62,252 nt of DNA from Carcharhinus longimanus (lineage: Eukaryota): NCBI GenBank assembly GCA_030264375.1, contig JASCQW010000190.1:21159593-21221844 (forward strand), in the 5' to 3' direction. Every line of letters starts with the position of its first letter. Within the stretch, counting starts at the first letter, position 1. The notes under the pieces are model-generated. The model saw only the letters and a list, made by a program, of their open reading frames with translations, made no database searches and was not told the origin of the DNA. Shown here piece after piece: positions 12,030 to 24,896 of the stretch. Made by a program: the position numbers and the translations under genes.

Positions 12030-12191
12030 ATGTGCAGATGCCGGTGTTGGACAGGGGGTGGGCACAGTAAGAAGTCACACAACACCAGGTTAAATTCCAA
12101 CAGGATTATCTGGAATCACCAGCTTTCGGAGCGCTGCTTCTTCATCAGANNNNNNNNNAGATTGACTCACCTGGTGCTGTGTGACTTCTTA
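12030..12191. mobile_element. Short Penelope-derived element (inverted pseudo-LTR) with a degenerate hammerhead motif
   Basis: Homologous to the Penelope 3' end at 53090-53215. Inverted repeat AAGAAGTCACACAACACCAGG / CCTGGTGCTGTGTGACTTCTT. Minus strand carries CTGATGA...GAAA. Confidence 0.8.
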
Positions 12192-12602
12192 TATGGAGGC
12201 GTGGTTGATTTTCAGTCAGTGTGCTTGCTGACTTCCAGGCCAGGTTATGCTGCTCAGCCCTTAAAATCACTTCCAACGACCCGGGGTGTCCCGGGCTGGG
12301 ATGGGTATGAGGTTTCATAGTGAAACCTTGAGGAGCATTCCTGCCAGAAAACCTACTTCTTTTAACAAAGTAGTTACCTTACTGAAAGTCACTATTATGC
12401 TCCCTGTCAGGCCTCAGGTTATAATAGCATACCATTGGTGCTTAATCTATACAGTTTGGGTCAGATCAAGCAAGAAAGGAGAGGGGAAAGTTACACATTC
12501 CGTTTTAATTGCCAAATCCATCTGCTCTTTTTCTATTTTCTGAGGAGTGTTACAATTGACCCTCACTGTGGCTTATTCTACAGAGATCTCTCCAAACAGA
12601 AA

Positions 12603-13074
12603 GGGGGCAATTCTCCCTCCCTGCTGCACTGCTCGAGCAATGCACCAGGCTGTGAAACATCAGCGGATGCTGTTTAGTGAGCTTCCCACTGGATGCCATG
12701 CCTCCACACGTCTCTGGGCCCTGAGTTTCTGGCATTGTCAGGTCTGCATCAGAAATCGACACGGGGCTGATTTGAATATTAAAATCTTCATTTGAATCCC
12801 ATTAGTGGGCCTGGAACTGAAGCCCAACCCAACTGAAGTGAAGAGGGGGCCCCCCTCCCCGGGAGGTAAGGGATAAGTGGGATTGCCCCTGGGTATTGCC
12901 AGCTTGGCATTGCCAGCCTGGCCCCATGGCAATGTCCCCAAGGGGCAAAATGGCAATGCTCAAGGGGCACGTGGCACTACCCGCCAGGCATCGGTCAGTA
13001 CCGGCGGGGAGGTAGGAGTGGGGGGCCACCCGGAGGTTCAGGGCTGCTGGGGGGGTGGTGGAGGGGGTCGGGAC
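12603..13074. mobile_element. Non-autonomous Harbinger-like element, truncated
   Basis: Starts GGGGGCAATTCTCCC, matching the TIR at 35887-35901. The GC-rich body with TGGCA/TGCCA repeats resembles 35400-35600. Confidence 0.65.
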
Positions 13075-13290
13075 TGTGGTGATTGTCCCTTTAAGGATCA
13101 GTCTGCAGAGTGAGGGTCACATGATCCAGAAACCAATCAGGGAGAGGGTGGCAGGTCACCCTTGGAAACACAGGCTTCTGGGCTTGGAGTCACCTTGGGA
13201 GCTGATTGCAGCCACAAGGCTACAAGCCTCTGTATAGTTTTAACCAGGAAATAAACAAGTTGTGCTTCCCCTAAACTGGTGAATGAACAT
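13075..13290 (+). mobile_element. Probable solo LTR related to the Gypsy LTRs
   Basis: Starts TGTGGTGATTGTCCCTTTAAGG, nearly identical to the LTR starts at 24164 and 29198, and has CCAAT and AATAAA. The 3' end is uncertain. Confidence 0.6.
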
Positions 13291-13379
13291 CTTTAGAACT
13301 ATGTATGGGCATTGCAAGCTTCAAGCTAAAAGCAGAGGATTGGCCTTACGAAAACAAGAATGCAACAAAATAAAAAATG

Positions 13380-13610
13380 GGAAGAGGAATAGGTTATTTG
13401 TCTCCTTGAGCCTGTGTCACCATTCAATACTGTCAGGATTGATCCTCTACCTCAGTTGTACCTTCTCACAATAGCTCCATATCCTTAATATCCCTTAATA
13501 TCCAAAAGTCCATCATTATTTGAATTGAATATATTCAACAGAGCCTCCATGGTTCTCTGAGGAAGAGAATTCAAAAGAAGGTTTCCTTGTCCTCAAGAAG
13601 CCATTCTCTG
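13380..13610 (-). mobile_element. Old CR1 3' fragment
   Basis: Degenerate match to the CR1 tail (CACCATTCAATA...GATCCTCTACCTCA...GAAGAGAATTC). Confidence 0.55.
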
Positions 13611-13627
13611 GTATGCTAAGCTAAGTA

Positions 13628-13925
13628 CATGGCACAATGGTTAGTATTGCTGCCTCACAACTCCAGGGACCCTGATTCAAACCTGGCTTGGGTCACTGTC
13701 TGTGTGGAGTTTTCACATTCTCCCCATGTCAATGTGGGTTTCCTCCAGGTGCTAAGGTTTCCTCCCACAATCCGAAAGACATGCTGGTTAGGTGTATTGG
13801 CCTTGCTAAATTCTCCCTCAGTGTACCCAAACAGGCGCCAGAGCATGGCGACTAGGGGATTTTCACAGTAACTTCATTGCGCTGTTAATGTGAGCCTGTT
13901 TGTGACTAATAAATAAACTTCTTTA
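13628..13925 (+). mobile_element. V-SINE, alternative tail
   Basis: Full tRNA head, V domain and tail ending TGTGACTAATAAATAAACTT. Confidence 0.9.
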
Positions 13926-14182
13926 AGTACGATAGATTGGTGCAGTGCAAAAGGCAATGTGATAACTGCACCAGTCACAGAGGGAGGGCTACATGTGTTG
14001 GTGGTGCTGGTCACTCACCAGCTGAACAATGAAAACCCTGCCTGTTTACGAAGGCTGGAAGGCACTCCTGTGGCTACAGTGGTACAGTCAATAACAGACT
14101 GCGCTGGTGTCAAGCCTGCCACTGAACAAAAGCCACCATCCTTCAGTGCTCACTGCTGGCATCCATGGAACTGGAATGTAAT

Positions 14183-14302
14183 CATAGAATCTATACAGTG
14201 CAGAAGGAGGCCATTTGATCTATTGAGCCTGTACTGACAACAATCTGACCCAGGCACTATTCCCGTAACTCCACATATTTACCCTGCTAATCCCCCTGAC
14301 AC
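14183..14302 (-). mobile_element. HE1 SINE 3' fragment (CR1-type tail)
   Basis: CATAGAATCTATACAGTGCAGAAGGAGGCCATT...CCCCCTGACAC. Confidence 0.8.
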
Positions 14303-14344
14303 CGTGCCACCTATTGACATGTTAATACAATACAAAGAGCGTGG

Positions 14345-14525
14345 CATTTTTGGAAGTGCCATCTTTCAAAGGACAATATTCAGTATCCTTATTATAAAGC
14401 ACTATCTGCTTCTTCAGTTGCACTCAAAATATCTCAAGTCATTATTTGAAAGAAAAGGACATTCTTATGGCGTCCTTGCTAATGTTCTTTTGTCAATCAA
14501 CACCACCAAAAACAGATTAACTGCA
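14345..14525 (+). mobile_element. SacSINE1-like DeuSINE fragment
   Basis: Degenerate reverse complement of the 49420-49780 copy (GTGCCATCTTTC...CAATCAACACCACCAAAAACAGATTA). Confidence 0.55.
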
Positions 14526-15409
14526 GTGTGAACCACATCATCTTGGCAAAGATGATATCAGTCACTTGCCTCATGGTCATAAGACTGACTTATGCAATTA
14601 ATGTCTCCAGCTGCCGCCTGGAACAAGCCCAAGGCAATTAAGGGCTGATGTCTAATGCAGTGAGAGAGGGGATATGAGAAGAGACACTACCTTGTATTGT
14701 CTGATGTTCTAAAGTACTTTTTTTCTGCACATTAGTCTTTTGAAGTGACAGTAGGGGTCAGCTGGGAGATTGTATTGCTGGGTCACCTGGGAGATGCAGT
14801 GGCAGGGGTTGTGATAAGGGACTTCGCAAGTCCAGGGAAGAGCAGCAACCTGATTCATTGCTCCTGAGAAGGCCGGATGCGATTGGGGCCTATGGGCTCC
14901 GTAAGCTTTGTGAGGATGATTGTGAGTAGCTCTCCTTATGTGTGGTCTCCAGAGAGGCCCATCTACAATTTCCTGAGGTCCCATTTGATGCTGTTGCTGC
15001 TTCTTTTGTTCTCATTTCATCTCTTCCTCCCTCCGCGTCAGCACGGATGGTGTGCAGCTTGGGTGCGGTGTTTTTTGAAGATCTCAAAGTAAAATATTAA
15101 TGAATGCAAAGACTTCTGAAGAAATCCAGCCAACTCAATTCCACATGGATGCCAATGTTCTGAGCACTTTAAATGTAGCCAAATTGTTGTTTCAAGTCTG
15201 CAGTAATGGGTGAAGTCAGTACAGTGTGTTATTTCCACCACATAATCATGCACCAGGGTCAGATTGATATTACTGGATGTCAATTTACATACTTTAATAA
15301 AGCTCCCATCAGTTTCAGGTGAGTGGCTGGGCCATCCTGATGTAAAGACTGCACTAAAAGTTGGTGGATGGGAAGCAGGAATGGGACGATAAATGTAACA
15401 CTCTAATTT

Positions 15410-15690
15410 TAGTTTAAAGTTTATTTATTATTGTCACAAGTAAGGCTTATATTAACACTGCAATGAAGTTACTGTGAAATTCCCCTAGTCGCCTCACTCC
15501 AGCGCCTGTTCAGGTCAATGCACCTAACCAGCACGTCCTTCAGACTGTGGGAGGAAACCAGAGGAAACCCACATAGACACGGGGAGAATGTGCAAACCCC
15601 ACACAGACAGTGACCCAAGCCAGGACTCGAACCCAGGTTTCCGGTGCTGTGAGACAGCAGTGCTAACCACTGTGCCACCGTGCCACCCAC
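15410..15690 (-). mobile_element. V-SINE, alternative tail
   Basis: Head reverse complement CAGTGCTAACCACTGTGCCACCGTGCCACCC; tail AAAGTTTATTTATTATTGTCACAAGTAAGGCTT. Confidence 0.9.
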
Positions 15691-16814
15691 CACAGCCCTG
15701 GGGATCTCACAGTCCATTCCTGCTGCTTGGGAGTAGCTTACATTCCTTTTTTTAAAATCGTTTCAGGCATCAGACCCACGAGATGAAATGTGGTATCCAA
15801 ACCAGTCATGTCTTTGCACAGGGATAGAATGACAATAGCTTATCAGTACGCGCCACGTATAGGGGTTCTTTCATGAATGTAAAAGACTCATAACTCATGG
15901 GTACTACATGTTTGTTTGGAATGCAGTTGATTGAAATTTTGTTGATGCGCCTATGTCTTTGAATTTTAATTCCTTTTGTCCTTTCCAATTTTGGATTTGT
16001 TTTGTGATTTTTTTTTCCCGAGCTAACTGATCTCAACATATCAGAAATATTCACATATCTGGAATACCCTCCGTCCCAAGGGGTTTAGTTGAATAATGTG
16101 CTTTTGAAGTGAAGCTGTCTATGATGAACAGCACTCCAGCCCATTGATACTCAAGTTAAAGTTTCTGAAACAACAATTCCAGGCACAGCACAGTTATTCT
16201 CCCAGCCCAGTGCTGCATGCCTGTGTCTCAGGAAGCAGACAATCTAAATGCTAATCATTTTGGGGTTTTTACCTAGGCTATATTTTAAATCATCAAAAAA
16301 ATCACATGTATACCAGCACTTGATGAGAATGCTTAATATTTTTCACAAACCGCTCCATAGCTTTTTTTAGTTATTTAGCTCAGAGGTGTTTGTATGCATC
16401 ACTCAATCCCCAGAAAAATCCTATGATATGCTCAATTTAAAATAAATTGTTATTCGTTCTGTACAACCATTCTGTTTTGATCAGTCCTTCATAATTTTAA
16501 GTAATTACAACATGTATAACAGTGTTGCATTTATTCCATTGTTTAGTCCCATGTTGTTTTGAAATGACCTCATTCTTCCTCTTACACTGGATTAGTAGCA
16601 GCCAGAAACCATTATGGCAATGATATAATTTTTCACAAATTATTTTAGCATTTCAACTGTGTGAACGTAGGCATTCATAGTTTAAACATATGCAATGCCA
16701 TTCTCACTATGTTCACCGTGTGTTAATTTTATACAGTTCTCTGTCATTTAGTATGATGTTATTCAAAGGGCAACTTGTTGCACACCTGAAAAACAAAAAT
16801 ACATTGGGTTTTGT

Positions 16815-17422
16815 TTCATGGAATCGCGCAGTGCAAAAGAGGCCCTTTGGCCCATTGAGTCTGCACCAACACATGTGAAATACCTGACACCCACCTAGTC
16901 CCATCGCCCTGAACTTTAGGATGTGCCACGTGCTCGTCCAGGTACTTTTTAAAGGACGTGTGACAACTCGTCTCTACCACCCTCTCAGACAGCGTGTTCC
17001 AGACTGTCACCACCCTCTGGGTAAACCTCCTGCACTTCATCGTGAACCTATGTCCCCTCATGACTGACCTTTTAACTAAAGGGAATAGCTCCTCTTTATC
17101 CACTCTGTCCATGCCACTCATAATCTTGTACACCGTGATCAGGTCATCCCTCAGTTTTCTCTGCTCCAAAGCAAACAATCAAGGCCTTTCCAACCTCTCT
17201 TCATAACTTAAATGTTCCATCCCAGGCAGCATCCTGGTGAATCTCCTCTGCACCCTCTCCAGTACAATCACATCCTTCCTACAATGTGGTGACCAGAACT
17301 GCATACAGTACTCCAGCTGTGGCCTCACCAAAGTTCTATACGAGTCCAACATGACTTGCCTGCTTTTGTGATCTATACCTCGACTGATAAAGACAAGTGT
17401 CCCATTTGCCTTTTTCACCACC
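16815..17422 (-). mobile_element. CR1 (HER1-like) LINE 3' fragment
   Basis: Translations YRTLVRPQLEYCMQFWSPH...LERVQRRFTRMLPG and FTQRVVTVWNTL. Its tail is shared with HE1 SINEs. Confidence 0.95.
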
Positions 17423-17581
17423 CTACAATCAAATCAACAGCACCGCAGGTTTTTTGCAAGTGACATTTTTTTTGCAACTGCTGATACATATACCTTATCT
17501 TCCTGAAACCGCAAAATGTACATAAAACTGCAACCTCGTTTCACATAATATTGCCTTGCAGCATGCATGCCAGACACTGAC

Positions 17582-17883
17582 CATAGAACCATAGAATCCT
17601 TACAGTACAGAAAGAAGCCATTCGGCTTATCAAGTCTGCACTGACTCTCAGAAAGAGCATTCTGCCCAACCCCTCCTTTCTGCTCAATCCCCACAACCAG
17701 GTGCATTTACCTTGGTCAATCCACCTAACTTGCACATCTTTGCACTGTGGGAGGAAACCAGAACACTTGAAGGAAACCCATGCAGACATTGGAAGAACAT
17801 ATGAATTCCACACAGTCACTCAAGTCTAGAATTGAACCTGGGTCCTTGCGCTGTGAGGTAGCAATGCTAATCATTGTGCCACC
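17582..17883 (-). mobile_element. HE1 SINE (CR1-type tail)
   Basis: Complete head, V domain and tail CATAGAACCATAGAATCCTTACAGTACAGAAAGAAGCCATTCGGC. Confidence 0.9.
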
Positions 17884-17889
17884 TCATCT

Positions 17890-18460
17890 CCAACAAAAGA
17901 GAATCTAACCATCTCCCCATGACATGACCATTACTGAATCACCACCATTAACATTCTGGAAGTTACCATTGACCAGAAACTAAACTGGACTAGCCATACA
18001 AATATTAGGGTTACAAGAGCAGGTCAGCGGCTGGGAATTCTGTAGTGAGTAAATCACCTCCTGACTCCCCAAAGCTTGTCTACCATCTACAAGTCAGAAA
18101 TGTAATGGAATATTCTCCACTTGCCTGGATCAGTGCAGCACCAACACGCAAGAAGTTTGACACCATTCAGGACAAAGCAGCTCACTTGACTGGCACTCCA
18201 TCTAGCACCCTAAATATTCACTCCCTCCACTAACAACACACAATGGCAGCAGTGTGTACACCGTCTACAAGAAGAACTGTAGCAACTCAGCAATGTTCAG
18301 CAGCAACTTTCAAACCTGCAATCTCTACTGCCTAGAAGAACAAGGGGAGTAGATGCAACAGAACACTATCATTTGCAAGTCACGCACAATCCCGACTGGC
18401 AACCATTGCTTCAATATTTTAGGGCAAAATCCTGGAATGCCTTTCCCAATAGCATTGTGT
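17890..18460 (+). mobile_element. CR1/L2-group LINE (non-HER1) 3' fragment; tail resumes at about 19625-19730
   Basis: Translation QVRNVMEYSPLAWISAAPT..KKFDTIQDKAAHLTG. Tail CACCTTCTCAAG...CAATAAATGTTGGCC...CACATCCCA. Confidence 0.8.
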
Positions 18461-18580
18461 ATTACATCACATTGGGTGTGATCTTGCGTCTTGCTGGGTG
18501 TACAGGTGGATTTATTGGGGTGGGACCTGCCACCTTCCACCTCCATGTTGAGTAAGTCTGAAGTGGGAAAGACTGTAACG

Positions 18581-19030
18581 GGATGGCATGACGGCACACT
18601 GCTTAGCAGTGCTGCCTCACAGCATAAGGGACCCAGGTTCAATTCTGGCCTTGAGTGACTTTCTCCATCTCTGTATGGGTTTTCTCCGGTGCTGTGGTTT
18701 CCTCCCACAATCCAAAGATGTGCCGGTTAGATTGATTGGCCAAGCTGAATTGTCCCTTCATGTCCCAAGATGTAAAGGCTAAAGAAATTAGCAGGGTAAA
18801 TAGGTGGTGTTATGGGCATAGGGTCTTNNNNNNNNNNNNNNNNNNNNNNNNNNNNNNNNNNNNNNNNNNNNNNNNNNNNNNNNNNNNNNNNNNNNNNNNN
18901 NNNNNNNNNNNNNNNNNNNNNNNNNNNTTATGGGCATAGGTCCTTGGAGAGATGCTCTGCCACAGAGTCAATGCAGACTCAATGGGCTGATTGGCCTCCT
19001 TCTGCACTGCAGGGATTCTATAATTCTACC
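18581..19030 (+). mobile_element. HE1 SINE (CR1-type tail), spans a gap
   Basis: Head, V domain and tail GGCCTCCTTCTGCACTGCAGGGATTCTA. Confidence 0.85.
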
Positions 19031-20144
19031 ATCTTATAGCCTTCCCCGTCTCCAGTTGAGGCCCTGAAGTCAGCATTAGTGCCTGCTTAAGAGCCTCATT
19101 CTACCACCATTAACCCAGCTCACCAAATAGGGAAAGCAATGTACAAACCCTACCACAATTGGTTGCAGGGTCCCAGGATGGTCCCTCATTCAAAGGCATT
19201 CAACAGTGCTAACCAATAGGCACAGAATTGGGAGAGGCCAATCCTCTGCCCTCATTGCTGACCCCTTCCCCTTCCCTGTGAGCCCTTTCCTGCAACCCAT
19301 TCCTGCCATCACTAACCTCTGCTGTCCTCGACATGTGCCTCAGGAGGCTGAAATATCAGCATTAGCCACCGCCTCCCCAGCGTCACTGCTGAGTACAGAA
19401 GTTGCTGGCTTCAGATTGAATGGCAGCTCTCAGCATATGGGATGTCCACCCGCTGGCGCCCTGACCCCAGGAGAAGGTCTGTCACTGGCCTGTTAAGTAC
19501 AGGAGTGGCACAAGCTGCAGTGTACTTTCCCAAAAAGAGGCAACATGGGGATCTCACCAGCTCACCAGCCAGCAACTCCTGTTGCCTCCACAAGATTCTA
19601 CTTATGCATCGATGCAAGAAGGGAACTCCCCATCACCTTCTCAAGTTCAGTTCAGGATTCTATTATTTTAAGGCCAATAAATGTTGGCCGTGCTCGCATG
19701 TCCACATCCCAAGTGTGAAAATTAATTAATTAATGTTTACATGAGAAAATAGCTAATTAGGCATTGGTAGGAGAAGGCAGTGATGTCCCTCCAAAAATAA
19801 TTTTTTTGGCCAGGGAGATATCAAAGTTATTAATTGGAAAATATGCCAACATCAGTTCCAATCGTTAGTCTATATTGGCTACTGGGTTCTTAGTGGGTAC
19901 TAGCTTCAGCGTAGATACAAGCCACTGTAATCGTACTGAAAAATCACAATGGCACCTTGGTCTTTCTTGCCTCTAGTCATTTTTCAATAGCAGTGAAGTT
20001 CTAATGAGGATGATCTTGTGCGCTAAAACTGTGGCCTTGAGGCTCTCTCCCACAGTTCTGAATTCTTATATGTTAAATGGAAGAACTTTCTAGTGTTCCA
20101 AGGTATGGTCAAGCATACCTCTTCCTTCACAAACAAAAAAGAAA

Positions 20145-20645
20145 GAACAAAAAAGAACACAGCATAGGAACAGGCCCTTTGGCTCTCCAAGCCTGTGCCC
20201 ATCATGATGCCCCAACTAAACTACAAGAGAAACGTTCTGCCCTTGCTCGTTCCATTTCCTCTATTTGCTCCCTATTCATGCCTCTTAAATTTTGTTAATG
20301 TGCCTGCTTCCACCATATCCTCTGGCAATACGTTCCCGGCACCCACCACTTTCTGTGTGAAAAACATCCCCCACAACATCTCCCTTAAATTTACCCCCTC
20401 TCACCTTGAACCTATGCCCCTTGTAATTGACACTCCCACACTGGGAAAAAGCCTCTGATTATCCACCCTGTCTATGCCTCTCATAATTTTGTAGTCTTCT
20501 CTCAGTTTTCCCCTCAGCCTCTGTCCTTCCAGTGAAAACAATCCTAGTTTATTCAACCTTTCCTCATAGCTAACACCCTCAGGCAACATCCTGGTGAACC
20601 TTCTTTGCACTCTCTCCAAAGCTCCCATATCATTTTGGTAGTATA
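20145..20645 (-). mobile_element. CR1 LINE 3' fragment
   Basis: ALERVQRRFTRMLP..SYEERLNKLGLFSLE plus tail AAAGAACAAAAAAGAACACAGCATAGGAACAGGCCCTTTGGC. Confidence 0.9.
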
Positions 20646-21375
20646 TTCTGAGAGGTAGTCAGAGATTTTTATATCATGACTCTGCCAGCCTGAAACTATG
20701 TTTCCTTGACTTCAATAATGGGATGGATACTTACAGGAAGTGCCAACCAAACAAAAACCCCACAGATGGGTATAGATGCAACAATTCCTTGACTGGGAGA
20801 CCTTTAAGCATGATAACAATCTGTGCACATGTTAGACATCCAGCTTAGTACTAAGAAAAACATTGCCCTCTTTAAATGGGCATGCTTTTGACTTTACCTG
20901 TGGAAAATTAAATGACTTTTGATGAGTCATCTGGAATTAATAAATTGGATATTCAACATAGATGACCAAACACGATTAAATAGTTCGAAACATTACAAAA
21001 AGGTCATTTTTATTAGCAACAGTCCAGTGACATTGTGATTGTAAAACTTTCTGTATTTGAAATTTAATCTTTATCTAATCTTGGCCAGGATAAGTTCAGA
21101 GCATATTATGGCTGTCCTCTGACTCAGAAATACTTAAATATGCACATCACAGTAATATTGTAATGATTGGTCCTGTAAAATCCTGCCAGACTTAGTTGTG
21201 AAATAGAAACTGGAGCCCAGCCATGATCTCACATTTGTCATTGAAAAAAGGTAAAGAATACTAATTGTTAATAGGTTGGATTTTGCTTGGAATTAGAGAA
21301 GATTTTATCAAAAATGGAGTTTCATCTGGTCCTACACTTCTAGATCACCTTCCAAAATCAGAAAGGAAGAAATAG

Positions 21376-21666
21376 GGGCAGCGCAGTCGCACAATGGTTA
21401 GCACTGCTGTCTCACAGCACCAGAGACCTGGGTTTGATTCTTGGCTTGGGTCACTGTCTGTGAGGAGTTTGCACGTTCTCTCCGTGTCTGTGTGGGTTTC
21501 CTCCAGGTGCTCCGGTTTCCTCCCACTAAAGATGTGCAGGTTAGGTGAATTGGTCATGCTAAGTTCTACAGATGGTGAAGTATGGCAACTAGGGAATTTT
21601 CATAGTAACTTCATTGCAGTGTTAATGTAAGCCTACTTGTGACTAATAAATAAATAAACTTTAACT
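21376..21666 (+). mobile_element. V-SINE, alternative tail
   Basis: Head plus tail GCCTACTTGTGACTAATAAATAAATAAACTTTAAC. Confidence 0.9.
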
Positions 21667-22435
21667 TGCACTTATCAAGTGTCTTTCATGATCTCACAGC
21701 TTCCTAAAATGTTTTACAGTCACTAAAGTATTTTACAGTTCAGTCACTCTTGTAACATGGGAAATGTTTTGTGCACAGTGAGGTCCCACAGTAATGTGAA
21801 AATTATCAGATCATTTGTTTTAGCACATCAGATGAGGAATGAATATTAATCAGGAGAATTATCCTGCTTTCTTTCCCTAAATATTGCCATCAGAACTTTG
21901 ATAGTGACCTTACCAAAAAAATTCTGAATGCTGAACAAGCGATAAAATGGGAGAGTCATTTTTACTACGAGTTGAAAGAAGGAATTTTATGGCGCTTGGT
22001 TAAAAAATAGCGCCAGGATGTGATTCTCGCCAGTAGGGGGTGGAGCCTAATCTTGCCGATGAAGCCAGCTGCTGAGCTTTAGGGGCACCATTGCACATGT
22101 GCCCCAATCTCCCAGAATACTGTATACGCACAGTGCACACCATGTCATGAAAGATCTCCTATCAGACCTCCCCATCCGACCCACCACATTGGGACCCACT
22201 GCCAATCGCTCCCTGTGCCAGGGTCCCCCCCACTGGATATCAATCGAACAACATAAAGAGCCGATAAGATCACCCCCTTTATCACCAGCTGAAAGTGGTT
22301 TACATCTCAGCTAAAAGAAGACACCTGCAACTGTGCAGCATCCTTATTAAATCCTCAGATTTTATGCTCAAGAATTTGGAGCTGGATGTAACTCCACATT
22401 GTCTGACTCAGAGAAGGGTGTACCTCTGAGCTGAG
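21665..22435 (-). mobile_element. SacSINE1-like DeuSINE split by a Harbinger-like insertion (about 21903-22290)
   Basis: 21665-21900 matches the 3' half and 22290-22435 the tRNA-head half (TTATGCTCAAG...CTGACTCAGAG) of the same SINE. The insert begins like the 34864 element. Confidence 0.65.
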
Positions 22436-24163
22436 GAAACTAGTCCATTTTGACCTGCAGCAAGTATCTAGAATGATATTGACAAAATTGTCAACCAGAA
22501 CGCACTCCTACCCAGAAGGAAATGAAATCTAGATGGTTTTAGATGTCTGGAATTAGACGTTTTTGACAAGGCCTTTGATAGGTTAGGTTGATAGATTAAT
22601 AATCAATAACACCTTGGAGTCCTACAAACCTGCCTTATTCAGGCAAGAGGCCACCAAATCTGCTATTAAGATACAATTTGGTTCCAATCTTCCATCTTCA
22701 GATAGATCAAGTCAAACCCAAAGTAACACCCTCATTCTACTGAAAAGCAAATGGTGCAGAGAATATTCTGGACAGAATTATGTATAATAAGGTACGAGGA
22801 TGAACTAGAGCTGGCGTGCAATGCCTACATTCGCTGTACTATAGACTGAGGTCTGAATTTTTGCCACAACAGAGAGCTTCTCTGTTGTGGCAGAAATACT
22901 GGAAGTGCCCGAAAATTGTAAACTCCACTACCAAACATGGTACCTCCCATTTATACAGGGGCAGAAATGGATACTCGGTTCATACAGGCAACTGGCCATT
23001 TAAATCATCAGCTGCCTTCACTCAAATTGGATTCTTGAATCCCGGAGTATGCAGCGTAGATTTCGTAAGAGCAGCTCTGATCTTTGTGCATTTCTTTGGA
23101 TAGCCAGGATACCCATTTAGAGACAGTGCCCCATGGATCTTGTCCTGGGATACCTTTGGGGAAGGACAGGTGCCTTTTTGGTGAAGTAAGGGGTCCTTTG
23201 GGGGAGGTCAGATGCATTTTGGAATTATTAAAAGTAGATATGAATGTGTGTAAAAAGTGCATAAGCCTATTCACTGTTATCTGAATTGTCAACTTGTCAA
23301 AATCAACTAATAGAACTGTCAAAATCAACTATTAGAACTGTTAAGAGGACCTTTCAAAAGGACCTGTCAAAGCTGTCAAGTCATTTAAAAGTCTTGACAC
23401 TGAGTAATATCCACTTCAATAGTTCAATTATCACTTTTAGGGAACTGGAGAGTTTTGGAACAGCAGTTGGAGCAAAAGGGTCTGGCACCTACAGGGTCAA
23501 TATAGGACTAAGTACAGTACCACCTACACACAGTGATGTAAGAAGGCACATGACCCAGATCCAGGGGTCTATGTGCCATTGAGCAGGGATGGGTTAAGAC
23601 ATAAGAAATGGAGATAGCTCTTAGTCTGTACCTTTTAGTGAACATATGGAAATAGTTCTACTTGTTAATGTAGACTTATAATTAACTTACTGAAGACTAT
23701 GAAGACTTTTTTAAGAGACACAGTCTGTAACCAACATCCTCCCAACAGTGGTGACTTTAGATTTTTTCTGCTATTTTAATGATTTGTTGTCAGTCATTTG
23801 TTATTCTCATCAAACTCAGTGGCTGAAATGCTCATGCACTCATAGACCTGCCCAGATACACATGGACATGATCATTTAAGCCATTACCAAAAGGCTGATA
23901 ATGGGAGTGAGAAAATATGTTGAGTACAATGTTATTCATGTTACTACCAGCACCAATCCATTCTATTGAAACAATCACAGAATTGGTTTGTCTGCTGTTC
24001 TGAATCAAGGCAAAAGATGAAGTGCAATGAATAGTTTCAGCCTCCTAGGATCAAGAACCCACTGATTGCTTATCTTGAGAGGCTCTTGCTGGAAATTGCA
24101 CATCCGTGGCTTTCAGATAAGATCTCAGTTGCTATACCTCTCCAAGCCTGACAAAACTCACTG

Positions 24164-24379
24164 TGTGGTGATCGTCCCTTTAAAGGAAATACAGCAGAGT
24201 AAGGTTCACTTAGCCTGGGTGACCAACCTGGACGCAGATCAGGGAATGACCCAAGGGGGAGGAGTTGTCCTATGGCAGAGGTATTTTAGAATTAGCTGTA
24301 AACATGCAGTTGCTCTACATGATTTGTTAATAAATCCCCTTTGTTTGACTAATGAAGTCTCTGAAAGTGCATCATTACA
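24164..24379 (+). repeat. Gypsy 5' LTR
   Basis: TGTGGTGATCGTCCCTTTAA...TAATAAATCCC...CTAATGAAGTCTCTGAAAGTGCATCATTACA. Confidence 0.9.
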
Positions 24380-24448
24380 TCTGCCAACAAAGATAAATTA
24401 TCCTGGCACTGGCGCTAGCCCAACATCCATGAAGACCCTGTTTTAAAG

Positions 24449-24769
24449 TCATAGAATCCTACAGTGCAGAAGGAGGCCATTCAGCCCATCGAGGTTACGC
24501 CAAACACAATCCCACCCAGGCCCTATCCCCAATAACCCCATGCATCTACCCTAACTAGTCCCCCTGATACTAAGGGGTAATTTAGCTTGGCCAATCCACC
24601 TAACCTGCATCTTTGGACTGTGGCAGGAAACCGGAGCATCTGGAGGAAACCCACCCAGACATTGGAGAATGTGTAAACTCCACACAGACATTGACTCAAG
24701 TCGGGAATCGAACACAGGTCTCTGGTGCTGTGAGGCAGCAACGCTAACCACTATGCCACCGTGCCACCC
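24449..24769 (-). mobile_element. HE1 SINE nested in the Gypsy 5' UTR
   Basis: Complete copy, CATAGAATCCTACAGTGCAGAAGG...GCCACCGTGCCACCC. Confidence 0.92.
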
Positions 24770-24896
24770 AAAAGCAACTTCCCTGACCGGGAAGTTTAAT
24801 CGAAACCTGAGAGAAAGAAAGAAATATACTCACCAGAATGCTGGTTATTGAGTGAAGAGACTGATTTGATTCTTCAATGGGAGACTGGACACAATG

